Shown here: positions 13,903 through 27,528 of the stretch, one piece after another
Layout of the letters: each line of letters begins with the position of its first letter
Position numbering within the stretch: the first letter of the stretch is position 1
DNA from: Octopus vulgaris
Taxonomy: Eukaryota
DNA length: 64,000 nt
Assembly: GCA_951406725.2 (NCBI GenBank)
Contig: OX597815.1
Location: forward strand, 90,830,001 to 90,894,000
Direction: 5' to 3'
Notes under the pieces: generated by a model
Seen by the model: the letters and a program-made list of their open reading frames with translations, nothing else
Told to the model about the DNA's origin: nothing
The model's database searches: none
Translations under genes and position numbers: made by a program

Positions 13903-14075
13903 CACTACTACTACTACTACTACTACTATTACTACTACTACTACTGCTACTACTAATACTAATACTACTACTACTACTGCTGCTGCCGCTGCTGCTACTA
14001 CTACTACTACTACCACTGCTCCTGCATTTGCTACTGCTACTACTACTGCTATTATTACATCAACATCAACAACAT
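13903..14075. repeat. (CTA/CTG)n microsatellite
   Basis: Direct reading. Confidence 0.9.
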
Positions 14076-14799
14076 TGACCAACGATTTTCTTTGCATCTA
14101 ACATGCTGAAATAAAAGCACAATGTCTTCTACTTGAAAAACGTTTCCGATATCACTCTCAAGCATCTGTAAAATTGGAGCCATCGTCTGCAACAGTAAAG
14201 GTCACTGTCCTTTCTCTCATCCTTCTTATGCTGTAAACTTATAAAGGGTTAACGGGAAAAACCGTCCCCACCCTCACTGCCTTCATTACAGATTCCATGG
14301 CCCGACCCCAAATACGGGTACAGAAAATGCAACGGGTGTGAATTCTCTGTCACTAAGAATATGCCTCAACATGGAATGCAACTACCACCATCCAAAAGGT
14401 ACACAACGAATGACAAGTAACAGCAATACCGAAATGTAACGAAAACAATGCAGCCACGAACACCTCACCACCTCTTACCGCTGACCACTAATGAATATAA
14501 TCTAGTAAAAGAAACTATAACAAAACTTTAACTCTAAACAAAATAAGCACAATATAGGACTTGCACTAAAGGCTAACCAAATAAATAATTCTCTATTTAC
14601 TGACTTCGCTGGAAAATATGAATGCTCGCTTAAGCCTTCAAATTCAACAGTCTATCAGCAGCGTCTGTCTTGGAAGAAACATCCTTCTTGAACTAAAGCA
14701 TCACTTCCCACAATCAACTCCGTACACAGATTGTCCCCAGTGTTGCTATTGAACAATAAAATACATAAACCAACGCTTTTAGTCACCGTTTGTTTTGAC

Positions 14800-16030
14800 A
14801 TTCTCATTAAATGTACGAGGCATCATCCCATCACACAATACTCAAAAATCGAGAATTGTCTTCCTGAAATAACACACTGGACTTCTTTCTTCATCCTAAC
14901 AGAAACTGAACTCAAACAGCTCTGATATGGACACCAAACTGAAATCAAAGTTTTCACCATCATCGCACTGTCTGGAATGAAGATAAAGTAGAAACAGCCA
15001 TGGATGCCAAGGGCATATTTTCTAATGGCTACAGTAAATCTGTGTCACTATATAACAAAGTCATATAGAGACATAGCAAGTGTTGGTCGCTATAGGCCTT
15101 CTCAGGCATTACAACAGTGCTTTGAAGAATACATCAACAACGTTGTTTCTCCAGCAGCGCAACTCTTGGAACATTGCTAATGGGCGATTTTAACCTTCCT
15201 CATGTGAACTGGCCTACAAATGCCCAGAAACTAAGTAACTGCAACTCAGCACCAATCAAAGCAGCAACATAATTATTTCACTTCATGGATAAATCTTTCC
15301 CATTTCAACATATACTTGATCCAATAAAACCTAATACTAACAAACACTCTGGCTCGAAAATTTGAGGACGTTCTCACCTATACATGATCAAAACACGCCT
15401 CAAGAAGACTCACCAGTACAAATGAAAGTCTACTCGCATGAGAGGATAAAACAATTATGAGGTAGATCAAAGACCTAATAAAAGCTTCCCAGTTAATATA
15501 CTAGTAGTGACCTAAAGGGATGCAGATTCCAACTTGTGTCCCTTGGAGAAAATCTTGAGACTTGGGCTATATTCCCAAACATTTTATATCTCATGCTGCC
15601 AATCCAGTCATTATAAATATAACAGGTAACTTGCAACTAACTCATCGTCCAATCTTACTCATCTCCCATAGAATCAAAATATTTGAAGTTGTGGTGGGTT
15701 CAAGAAGATCTGGCTTCCTGGAGGGTAACAGTCTCCGAAGTTCCAACCAGCATATCTTTCCTGCGACAGAGATAGGCAGATTAACACAGCTTTAACATTA
15801 CTTAGATGATGTACGTAGCGTTTTAGGATTGTGCTGGAACACTGGTAATATGTATTTTGACTTCACCAAAACCGTCAACACAATCGACCGCAATATCCTT
15901 AAAATTGTCGAATACTGAAAGCTGTTATATACTACCGCACTGGATTGAGTATTTCTTAGTGAAGAGAACCTATCATGTAATTGATGGCATCCACTCAAGC
16001 TCAGCAAAATAAAAAATATTCCCAGATGAC
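14800..16030 (+). mobile_element. Decayed CR1-like LINE ORF2 (APE endonuclease + RT)
   Basis: ILTET (~14895), LMGDFNLPHVNW (~15178), HRPILLISHRIKIFE, NQH and YFDFTKTVNTID (~15850), in order; may extend upstream to ~14100. Confidence 0.75.
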
Positions 16031-16299
16031 TCCAAGCTTGTAAGAATTATCAGTAGAGAAGGCCGAACAAAGCTCCGCCTGATCTTCATACGTTAAGTCA
16101 ACAAAAGGACAGAAAAAATTACGTGCAATTAAGTAAGGGAAAAGTTGATGATTCTTACACAATTCTTGAATATATCATGTGATGTTCAGGGCTGGAATGC
16201 ATTTGATCATCGATCTTATTTATCAGAGCTGAGCAAGGACTAATCAATAACTAAACAACAACAAACATAATAGAAACATCATGTTGATAACAGAATTGG

Positions 16300-16500
<201 letters not shown>

Positions 16501-16899
16501 ACAAGAAAAAACATATAGAAGAGTGGTTATTGAAGCCTTATAAATAGAGAAATACAACATAAAACTGAAAGCCGATTGCCTACTACTTAGTTACAAAGGT
16601 AATTTCAGTCAATACAGACAGGATGTTAAAAAATATATAAGGTCGATGGTCAGAAATGTCACTTAGAAACCAATGATAGAAGGACACACGTCTGTTGCCA
16701 TGATAATTTCCTACAATGAAATAGAATAATAACTGCAATCACAACAATTTCTCCAGAATGTATCTACGAAAGCCTTGAAACAGTGATGGAAATTTATTAT
16801 TGCAAAGAGGTCAGATACAAAATAGATGGAAAAAATCATTACTAAAAAGAAAAGCTAAAATTTGGGGCATAGATTTCGATAAGACAATCAGACAATCAT

Positions 16900-17053
16900 A
16901 CACGCACGCACGCACACACATTTATGCCCAACCCCATTTATATATACATATACATACATACATACACATACATATGTAGATATATATATATATAAATATA
17001 TATATATATTTACATGTATGTATGTATGTATGTGTATAAATATATATATATAC

Positions 17054-17084
<31 letters not shown>

Positions 17085-17116
17085 CACATATACATATATG
17101 TACATATAATATACTA

Positions 17117-17160
<44 letters not shown>

Positions 17161-17252
17161 CATATATGTATGCACGTATGTATGTACGTATGTATGTATG
17201 AATGTATGTATGTATGTATGTATGTGTGTATGTATGTATGTATGTATGTATG
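16900..17252. repeat. Compound (TA)n/(TACA)n/(TATG)n microsatellite
   Basis: Direct reading. Confidence 0.93.
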
Positions 17253-17255
17253 CTT

Positions 17256-17620
17256 GTATAGAAGTTTAACTGAGTTGTAATAAGATAGTTTCTCAGCCAT
17301 ATGGTTCGGTGTTCAGTCTCAATTTGTGGTACCTTGAAAATAGTGTCTTTTGCTATAGCTCTGGGTCGACCAGAGGTTTCTGAGTTGCTTTGGTAGAAAC
17401 TGAAACTGAAAGAAAGTCGTATAATTGCACGTGTGTGGTGAGTGTCCAACGACCACTTTTTAACTGGTTTTACTTTGTTCACGTCCCCGTAACTTAGCAT
17501 TTCGTCAAACGTACCCGATAGAATAAGTACGAAGCTTAAAATAATACATAAGTAGTTAAGTCGATTTGTTCGACTAATCCATGGCCGTAGTCTAATGAGT
17601 GAAACAAGTGAAAAATAAGA
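17256..17620 (+). mobile_element. tRNA-derived long SINE, diverged copy
   Basis: Colinear with the reverse complement of 17643-18086 (acgtccccgtaacttagc, gatagaataagta, gaaacaagt). Confidence 0.75.
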
Positions 17621-17642
17621 CACATACTCGTCACATACATGT

Positions 17643-17872
17643 CTTTTACTCTTTTACTTGTTTCAGTCATGTGACTCTGGCCATGCTGGAGCACCGCCTT
17701 TAGTCGAGCAAATCGACCCCAGGACTTATTCTTTCTCAGCCTAATACTTATTCTATCGGACTCTTTTGCCGAACCGCTAAGTTACGGGGACGTAAACACA
17801 CCAGCATGTGTTGTCTAGCGATGCTGGGGGATAAACACAATCACACAAACATATACACAGGCATATATTATT

Positions 17873-17914
<42 letters not shown>

Positions 17915-18086
17915 TGTGCATATATACGACGGGCGTCTTTCACTTTTCGTCTACCAAATCCGCTCAAAAGGCTTTGGTCGGACCGAGGCTATAGTAGAAG
18001 ACAGTTGCGCAAGGTGCCACGCAGTGGGACTGAACCCAGAACTATGGGGTTGGTAAGCAATCTACTTACCACACAGCCACTCTTGC
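17643..18086 (-). mobile_element. tRNA-derived long SINE with internal (CA)n
   Basis: Minus strand: A box tggctgtgtgg, B box ggttcagtcc, (taaaagag)-type tail; a tail fragment recurs at ~38465-38530. Confidence 0.88.
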
Positions 18087-18108
18087 ATGTGCCAAATATG
18101 TATATAAA

Positions 18109-18635
18109 TTGGGTTGTCCGGAATGTTCATGCCGATTTATAGTAGCTTACTTTTCGACTTATTTTAGAACTTCGCTGAGTCCATAAAATACGATTTGACT
18201 ACACCTCCATTTAGAGTACAGTTTAAGCTATCTTTTCGTGGAAGAAGGTTTATGTTCCTATAATCGATGTTAATTCTCTAACCCTTTAAATTGGAAGATA
18301 AGAAAGTTTATTTTCGGCGCTTGATGCTTTGTTACCCCCCCCTCCATATTCACCAGATATTGCTCCTTCGGATTTCCACTTATTCAGGTCCATGCAGAAT
18401 AGTCTTAATGGTAAAAATTTCAAAACCTTGGATGACGTAAAAAGATACCTTCATGAATCCTTTGCCATGAAACCACCTCAGTTCTGGGAAGAGGGCATTT
18501 TTAAGTTAAAGGAAAGATGGAGACGCATTGTGTAACAAAATGGTTAACATTTGGTTAATTAAGAATGTAATGGCGAGTATTTATTGACCTTCTTCTTTCC
18601 TTTAAAAATCGGCACGAACTTTCCGGACAAACCAA
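18109..18635 (+). mobile_element. Internally deleted mariner element
   Basis: ~29-bp TIRs (ttgggttgtccggaatgttcatgccgatt / aatcggcacgaactttccggacaaaccaa), TA at the right flank; transposase C-terminus PPYSPDIAPSDFHLF..GIFKLKERW (18329-18535). Confidence 0.92.
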
Positions 18636-18653
18636 TATAAGCATAACAGCACG

Positions 18654-18757
<104 letters not shown>

Positions 18758-19292
18758 TTGGGGTGCACAATATGATATGATATATATGAACAGCTTCCCT
18801 TTTTCTTTCCAAGAGCATATTGTGTATAGATTACATATAGTTTACATGCGTCGTAACTAATAGGACTATAAGTATATTCAACACTCTTATTTCGTGTTTC
18901 GTTTGCAATACCCTGTATGTCAAATCGAGTTTTGAAACAGATTTTGCTGAAACTTGCGAGTATCATTATGTTAATAATAAACACACGTACTGGATGCTTT
19001 CCTTCTTTTAGTACTATTAGTCAACTAGTTAACCAATTAACCAATCAACTAGTCGATTGTTTGACTAAGTGTTCGGTCAACCAATCAATCTTATATGTCC
19101 ATCCAAGTCCTTCGTTGCCATTCGTGACCTCATAGATGAGATACCACCTCTGCTTCGGGGAGTGGAATAGAACCAGTGCATATATTTATTATTGGCATGA
19201 GGACCCTCACAAAATACATGAAAAAGCAAAAAGGAATATTCTTTAATCACATCTTTAACCAAAGAATGAAAACGCCAATTGATACCCATATT

Positions 19293-19482
19293 GGTTTGAT
19301 ATTTTGGCACAAGACCAGCAATTTTGAGTCGTGGGGTAAGTCGATTACACCTACCCCAGTGCTCAACACATGCTTATACTATTGACTGCGAAAGGATGAA
19401 AGGCAAAGTCGAATTCTGTGGAATTTGAACTCAGAGCATGGAGAAGGCCAAAATGCCGCTCAGCATGCTAACAATTCTGTCT
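19293..19482 (-). mobile_element. Short SINE with Nin/Deu-like domain, degenerate
   Basis: Reverse complement of ttctgagttcaaattcc..gactttgcctttcatcctttc, as at 23066-23250. Confidence 0.7.
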
Positions 19483-20809
19483 TCTCACAATCAAGCAGAT
19501 ACTCATATTAAAAGTATTAATGATAATGATTAGAAGAACAACTTTACCATTAACAATGATAAATAATGTACAAATTACTACTGAGAATTTAATTTACATA
19601 AGAAGGGAGATATTTATGAATGGTGAAAAACACATAGCTACACGAAGGCTAGCATTAGAATCATGTAGATATATGTCAGAAGGTTGATGATATAAGAGAA
19701 GAAAGCATATTGTGATTCATTGTGTGTGCTCTTCTATTGAAAGTTAATTTGATACACGTAACTTGTGCCTGCGGCAGCTTCATAGAGAGCCATCTTTTAA
19801 ACATCAGTATAGATTAAAAGACTTTATCTGCAATACACTACGAAGAATTCACATCACGTCATACCGATACCTTCAAAAATAAGTAAATCTAATCCCGATA
19901 TTTGAGATTGTTAGTAATTACAAATACATGGATAAATGAACATTTTATTGTTATAGAAGATAGAAGCCATAAACGGAATAAAAGACAAGAGGGCTTAAAG
20001 AACATGTAGAATAATGCACGTTTACGCAGCAAAGCAAGTAATATAACCCGCAAAGGTTTATCTAAATGTTTCCAGTAAAATCAATAATTGGTAGTGTGAT
20101 GATGAACCTAGCATAAGTACTGCACACACACACCCACACACACACACATTCACACACACACACACACAAACATACACACACACGCATGCACACTCACATA
20201 CAAACATACACACACACGCATACAGAAATACACACAAAGCTGCAAACATTTCAATCTTTGCACAAAAATGTGCCTCTTAAATGATCTATTTGGAAACAAC
20301 GTAAAGGTCTAACATCCGGTGACAGCGATTTTTTCGAAATGGCATGCCTTATGATAACCATCGAAATGCCATAGAATGAAAACCATTAATAAGTAGAAGT
20401 AAATATGATGCAAGTAAATATTAGACACAATTTCGAAATCCACTTTTGATAGAATGCGTAATTATAAGAAATATAGTTAGTGGCTAGAGGCATATACGTT
20501 AACAAAGTTGAAAAGCTGCATTCTAAGAAGGTAATTTGAGACCTCCCTCAGCTCTCCTATTGCATTGACTATTATCACTTCAGCTATCGGTGACGAGCAG
20601 ATAATATCAACTTTCGTTATTGTTCAATTTGGCACAAGTCTTTAGACTGTGTCGTATTCGAATAAAAGAAATAAAGAACAAAGGAGCAATTACCAGTCCA
20701 GCACGTTTTCCAAAAAGCCCTGTACAATGGTATTGAATAATTTCCTTGTAATAACTAATTTGCATAGAATAATAATGTCATTCTCCCAAGTTTTTAAAAA
20801 AGATAGGTA

Positions 20810-21030
20810 GGAGGTAAGCTAGTAGAATCGATGCAGCGCTAGACAAAATGCTTATCGGAATTTCTTCCGTCTTTACATTCTGAACTCAAATTCCTCCAAG
20901 GCCGACTTTGCCATATATCTTTCCGTGGTCGATAAAATAAGTACCACTCAAGTACTGGGTTCAATGTAAGCGAATTCCCTCTCTCTTCAAAATATGTTGG
21001 CCTTGTGCCAAAATTTTAAACCATTATTAA
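20810..21030 (+). mobile_element. Short SINE with Nin/Deu-like domain
   Basis: Colinear with the 23066 copy (gtcgataaaataagtacca). Confidence 0.75.
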
Positions 21031-22494
21031 GAAGGGAGTGCAAATTGCTTCAATCGATTTTTATGAAAAACCTTAATTTAATAGCTTCAGCTCACAAAAC
21101 TGGAGAAGGTGACCATTTCAAAAATAACATAAAAGAACTGGTAGGTAATTCATGTAGTCTTCACAAGATCGCACTGTTTTCAAGTCGTCAGTACCTCTTT
21201 TCTGGTTGTTATTCTCATATAAAACGGTAGTAAAAACTTTTCTTCACAGCAACATTCACAGGAAAGGATATGGTATGGTCTATAGAGTATCAACTAATAA
21301 TTTAAGTAGATGATTATTAATGTTGTTCACTGCATAATATTACCTGTTGCGCATCACAATAATGAGTAAGATGTTAAGAAAGGTAATAAATCTAACATCA
21401 CTGCTACCATTTTTTTTTCTAGAGATTGTTATATTTTGAACCTAAATTAAAGCAGAGCAAATTTGGAAAAAGTACATTACACATTTACCAATTTTGATGA
21501 ACAATTATAAATGTAATACCTTACACGTTCCAAATCCGACTTGTATAAGGATTCCTTAGATAAAAATAAAAATGTCAATCCTTAAATTTCATGATCGATA
21601 TGCTGCCATCTCAGTATAGCGAAACCAATATAAAGATGGCTGGTAATCCAGTTTTAACTTAAACATAACATTTGCTATTTCTCATTTGCTCTTTCAATTG
21701 TTTTTTTTTTAAATAACACTTCTTAACATTAAAAAAAATCTCACCGGCTATAGTACAATAGCATCACCTACAATGACAGAATGGACAATAGGATTATTTC
21801 TCAATTTTGTAAGTAATACCATGTTATTTTCGATGTATCTAGGTAAGAAAGAAAACGGTTGCTATTTACAAAATATATCGTTACCAATGATGGTGATGAT
21901 TTCAAATTTGCTATAAACCAAAAAGATTGTTGGTGAAAAATACAAAAGAATGTATGCAATCTAATTAATTGCCCTTGTTTACTTCGACTGAGTTTGAAAT
22001 CAGAATAAATATATATAACCACATACCGATAAACAATTTTCAAATCCAAAATTCAACATTTTTTTACTCTATACATTTTCATAGTAGCGATTTCTAAAAG
22101 GTGATAAGAACGTTGTTCTATTTAGAGACAACTAGACTCGCCAAGATGAATTAGGGAAAATTTTATAAACACTCCAAACGTAAATTCGATATAGAAATTA
22201 AATGCACGTGTTGTACCAATAATAAGCAATACATGTACACTTAGCTCTCAAGTATATTTCAACTTACACAAAACAAACACAATACAAAACTAAATATTGT
22301 TTTGAACAGCTACTCTAAGAAAAAACATTCTTTTTTCTCCTTCGCACCTGGAAAAGAAATTATTTCCTTTTTCCGGTAAACAACTACACTGCTATGAAAA
22401 ATAACTGGTTAAATAAGAATCCCTACCATTTATTATAAGTATTAATACATTCATAAGTATGTAATTCTTTGCAAATTCTTGTATCTCTAGAAAA

Positions 22495-22712
22495 GCAGCG
22501 ACTTGGCAGAATTGTTAGCACATCGAGCAAAACGTTAAGCGTCATTTCGTCTGTCTTGGCACTCTGAGTTCAAATTCCACTGAATCCGACTTTGTCTTTC
22601 ATCGCTTTGGGGGTCAATAAAACAAATACCAGTTGAACATTGGGATTGATGTAATCGACTTAACCCGTCCCCCTAAATTGCTGGCCTTGTACCAAATTTT
22701 GAAACCAATATT
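22495..22712 (+). mobile_element. Short SINE with Nin/Deu-like domain
   Basis: ggcagaattgttagca..ctgagttcaaattcc..ctttcatc; colinear with the family. Confidence 0.8.
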
Positions 22713-23064
22713 TTTTTGGTCTATACTTTGTAACAAATTGAAACGTGTTTGCAAACTAAGAATTAAGTCGAGGTTTTTTCTGATTGTTATTAGTAAAACA
22801 CTAGTACACCTTTTCTATGTTTCATAGTGATCCAGCTTTTGTTTCGAGTGTTAATATTTTTTATTCCTCTTTGCCAGTATTGTGGTCACTAGAAAGACAA
22901 ATATTAATTCTAAAGCATTTATTCTCTTGGATTTTGATCCTACCTTAGTGAATAAAGTAAATTTTATCCGATTACCAATGCTGATGAAATTTATCATTTA
23001 GTTTTACCCTACCCCACTCTATACTGCCTTAGGTTTGTTAGAAATCATTATCATGAGTTCCCCT

Positions 23065-23465
23065 AAGGCGGCTAGCTGGCAGAATCGTTAGCACGCCGAG
23101 TTAAATGCTTAGCGGTATTCCGTCTGCCGCTACGTTCTGAGTTCAAATTCCGCCGATGTCAACTTAGCCTTTCATCCTTTCGGGGTCGATTAAATAAGTA
23201 CCAGTTACGCACTGGGGTCGATATAATCGACTTAATCCGTTTGTCTGCCGTTGTTTGTCCTTTCTGTGTTGAGCCCCTTGTGAGTAGTAAAGAAATAGGT
23301 ATTTCGTCTGCTGCTACGTTGATTTCAAATACCGCCGAGGTTGACTATGCCTTTAATCCTTTCGGGGTCAATGAATTAAGTACCACTCAAACACTGGTGT
23401 CAATATAATCGATTAGTCCTATTCCCACAAATTTCAGGCTTTGTGCCTCCAGTAGAAAAGATTAT
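23065..23465 (+). mobile_element. Nin/Deu-like SINE, dimeric (internal 3' duplication)
   Basis: Full head, then a second gtatttcgtctg..cctttcggggtc unit from ~23298. Confidence 0.85.
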
Positions 23466-23476
23466 TGAGTTCCCTT

Positions 23477-23657
23477 AAGGCAATAAGCTGGCAAAATGTC
23501 TGCACGTTCTGAGTTCAAATTCCGCCGAAGTCAACTTTGACTTTCATTCTTTCGGGGTCGATAAATTAAGTACCAGTGAAACACTGCGGTCGATGTAATT
23601 GACTAGTCCCCGCCCCACAAAATTTCGAGCCTTCTGCTTGCAGTAGAAAATATTATT
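23477..23657 (+). mobile_element. Nin/Deu-like SINE, internally shortened
   Basis: Same family; bounded by tgagttccctt repeats. Confidence 0.82.
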
Positions 23658-24694
23658 ATGAGTTCCCTTGCGTCTCAAAGAACTTTAAATCAACCTTTTT
23701 GTAAAGTAAATATTGAAATTACCCTGCAACTTATTTGTAATAGTCTCAATGCAAAAAAGTTTTAAAGTATCTTTCATAAGCATTTATTTTATTTGTTGCC
23801 CATTTCTATGTTACTTCATACTCTCATGTGAACGATGTTATGCTATAACATCCAAAATATCTTATATATTAGATACCCAGATTTTTGTACTGAATTTCTT
23901 CCAGACAACTTTGTAGAGTACATTCTGAAAATTTCTATATTATATATTTTGAAATCTTTTCCACTATATCTTTCGTATTTCCAATTTGAAGGGAAATTCC
24001 GTGCAAGAAAATTTGATGTAAAACCATAACAGTGATTTTGTTTGAAATTGTAGAAAAATTACCAGTAATATGCGAAAATATTCCAGGCATTTTTTAAAAT
24101 TCTATATTGCATATAGATCTAAATCTTGATTCTTACTCGTCGGCGGCTTGTGTAAAACTCAAATATTTTACGAGAGAGATAGAGAGAAAGAGAGAAAGAG
24201 AGCGAATAAGATAATGAAAGAGAGATTTATAATTTATCAATATTACTATCAATTTCAATAACTGTTCCATCTCACGTATTTCTATTCTAAGAATATCAGT
24301 TCTTCATCTTTTCAATTCATGTTCACTATTTGTTTTCTATCTGCAACATTTTCGTTCGTATGTTCCACATTACTATTTTTATGGCTTAAACTTTGAGTTT
24401 CTGACCAAGTATTTAGACGATTACTTCAAAGAAAAATAACTTTGATGCTATAAAAAAACAATATCTTCTCGGTTTCTACTTGATAATATATAACTGTTTA
24501 CTATTAGTTCTGAAAAAAACTTTTCAAGACTTCACTCGAGCTAAAAGTTTTACACAAAGTGATTAAAACATACACGTTTCTTTAAATACCACATTCTACT
24601 TTTTCTTTTAACGTGTTCTTTGCTTGATTTCTTACAAAATGAAATTCTCAAATAGATTTTCGTAAAAGTAATAGAAGTCGCAGAGTTCCTATGA

Positions 24695-24736
<42 letters not shown>

Positions 24737-25049
24737 TTAATTTTACTTATTTTCTTTATAGGCATTCGCATTCTGCATATCCCGGAGGCACTTCATTAAA
24801 GGGAGAAAACTGGTTCAACCCTGATAGATTGTCACAAAAGAACTCAAAAGTTGAAATGCTTCACAGATGTCTTTGGATAATTTATTCAATTGTAATTTTG
24901 CATTTTTCTCTCTCTTTCAGTATAACTATCCTAAAATGAATTTTTTTCTTGTGAATCTAAAGCAAAACAATTTCAGTAACTGCTTTATATTTTGGTATTA
25001 GGCAATGGAAGCTTCAGGCTATCATGTTGAGGTCTCCTATCATTACTTT

Positions 25050-25225
25050 TCATATATATATATACATACATACAAGTACATACGCATACACACAAGTACA
25101 CACACATACACCCAAGCACACACACATGCACACAAGTACACACACATGTATATATATATATGTGTGTGTGTATATATATTTATACACATATAAATATATA
25201 TATATGTATATACATATACATATAA

Positions 25226-25301
<76 letters not shown>

Positions 25302-25320
25302 ATGCATGCGTGTGTGTGTG
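25050..25320. repeat. Compound (TA)n/(CA)n microsatellite
   Basis: Direct reading. Confidence 0.93.
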
Positions 25321-27491
25321 AATAATTTAGTTGACTCTTTCGCATGTCACATATACGTCCGTCTCACTTACAGAAACGAATTAACTTGGTGAAGATTATA
25401 TAAAACTATGTAACTTCAAATCTACTTTGTTCCTTTGTTCCTTTCTCTGTGCATCTTCATTTTACATCTATTAATCCATTCAATTATCGGAAATGACTGT
25501 CAGATCTTCTGGGAATGATACCTGTGGCAAATTGACATTCTCTCTTTAGGATGATTCCCTACTCGTCATGTAAACCGTCAAAAAATTGATTTTGTGGCGC
25601 CACTCTAAATGGATGTGCTATTACCAAGTAAATGTGTTATTTATCCACAAGGTTCGTAAAGTGTGAATACGTGCATTTAAATGTTACGTGAGCAGTGAAG
25701 CTGTTTGATCCTCCATCAGGTGTCTTTAGTAATAGGTATCATATAATCTGGTAATTTTCTATACACTAGTATTAATACATTTCATGCAGAGTTTTTGAAA
25801 TTCCAAGATATTCTTGAAGTCAAAAAGCATTCACGGTAATTAAAGATTGTGAACACTGTATGAAAGGGGTTAATTCCGGATAAACCGAATACACAACAGG
25901 TTATCAATTTCTGTCACCTATATCTCCTCATCTAAATCGCAACGCCTGCTACTGAGATTGTGAGAAAATATTTTGTAATATAGGAAAATAACGATTTAGT
26001 CAACTACAACTACTCCGCTATAAAAGGGACTATGCAACAATAATGATGATTAAAAACTATAATTGCTCTATTAATTCGAAAGAATATATTTGATAATGGA
26101 ATTTAGTTGGTTCATACACTTCAGATGACTATATTATCGCAGTATTTCCCCAACACTACCAATAATTAATACAAGAGGAGAAAATTAATTATTTTCGCTT
26201 GAGTGTGACCTTTCCTTCATATTACATTGTATCATATGACATATTGAGAATATGGAAACCTAGTTAATTCTAAGTAATTTGAAATCATTGATTAGTTGCT
26301 TTGAGAGAAAATTGGGTCTAAAAAGGGAGTTGTGTCAAACACAAAATGCAATTTAAGTTTGAAACATAAAACAAGAGTACATTAATTTATCTTGTTCTTT
26401 TTTCCAAATTTAATTTGTAATGTACTTAAATCCATGATAAATTGTTCAGTAATTAGATACGTCAGGTAAACTGTATTTAACTTACGTAATTAAGCTAGCA
26501 TCATTTCATTTAAACAGCATTCCTTACATGAGCTATAAATTTTTTTGTGAAATAATTATCAGTGATAAAATTTAAAAAAAGTTTAATCAAGTATTTGAAA
26601 ATTTCAGTAATCTGAAATTATTAGAGCTAGCATTTTATTTAGGCCTAAACGATGGTATTAAAATTTGAGAAAAATTAAAGTGAAAGTCTTGAAGAAAATA
26701 GTTTACATCAAGGTTAATTTCCAAGGAGTGCTTTTTTTTAAATTTTGAATATGCTTTCATATTTTCTCTGTGACTTTTTTCTTGTTTCCTTTTGAAAGTT
26801 ATTAATTTTAAATAACCAAATTTGGGAATTGAAATTAATATACCGGTATTCTGTTGGAGCATGGTAAAAAATAAAATAAAACAAATTGTGCTACTGCAAT
26901 TGTTTTTGTGGGATCATTTCCTATTATAAAAGCTAATTTTAATGGAGTAATTAATCTTAACTAACAAAAAAGTTATATCATGTAAACATTGGATCAAAAT
27001 AGAATTTCATACAAGAAATATACAAAGGTTTGTTTTTGTGAATATTTAGTTGGCATAATTTACTAAATAAGTGTCCGTTTACACTCAGGATTCAAAGAGA
27101 AATAACACATTGTTATAAAAACAATATTGATATTTTATTTGGAGCAAGACTGCTGTTAACAACTAAGTAAATATTCTGTTCAACGAATAGAGCCGACAAA
27201 TGGCATTTCTTTCATCTGTCCTTTAAGAATAAATGGATGATTGAGGAGAAATAAATTATCCATTTGGATGAGATAAACACTGTGATGTTCTAGTTCTTAA
27301 AACTCATCTAGGCTTGGTTTGAAAACAAATTGTTATATAAATGGAAACAAAAAGGACTGAATCGACACCACTGTATCATTTTATCAACAATGTAATAATA
27401 AAACGTTTCATGCACTTAACACTAATATAGCTTGCGTCAATTTAGTCGTTTTTTCTGTTATGTAACAAACTATATATGTGTGTGTGTGCAG

Positions 27492-27520
<29 letters not shown>

Positions 27521-27528
<8 letters not shown>

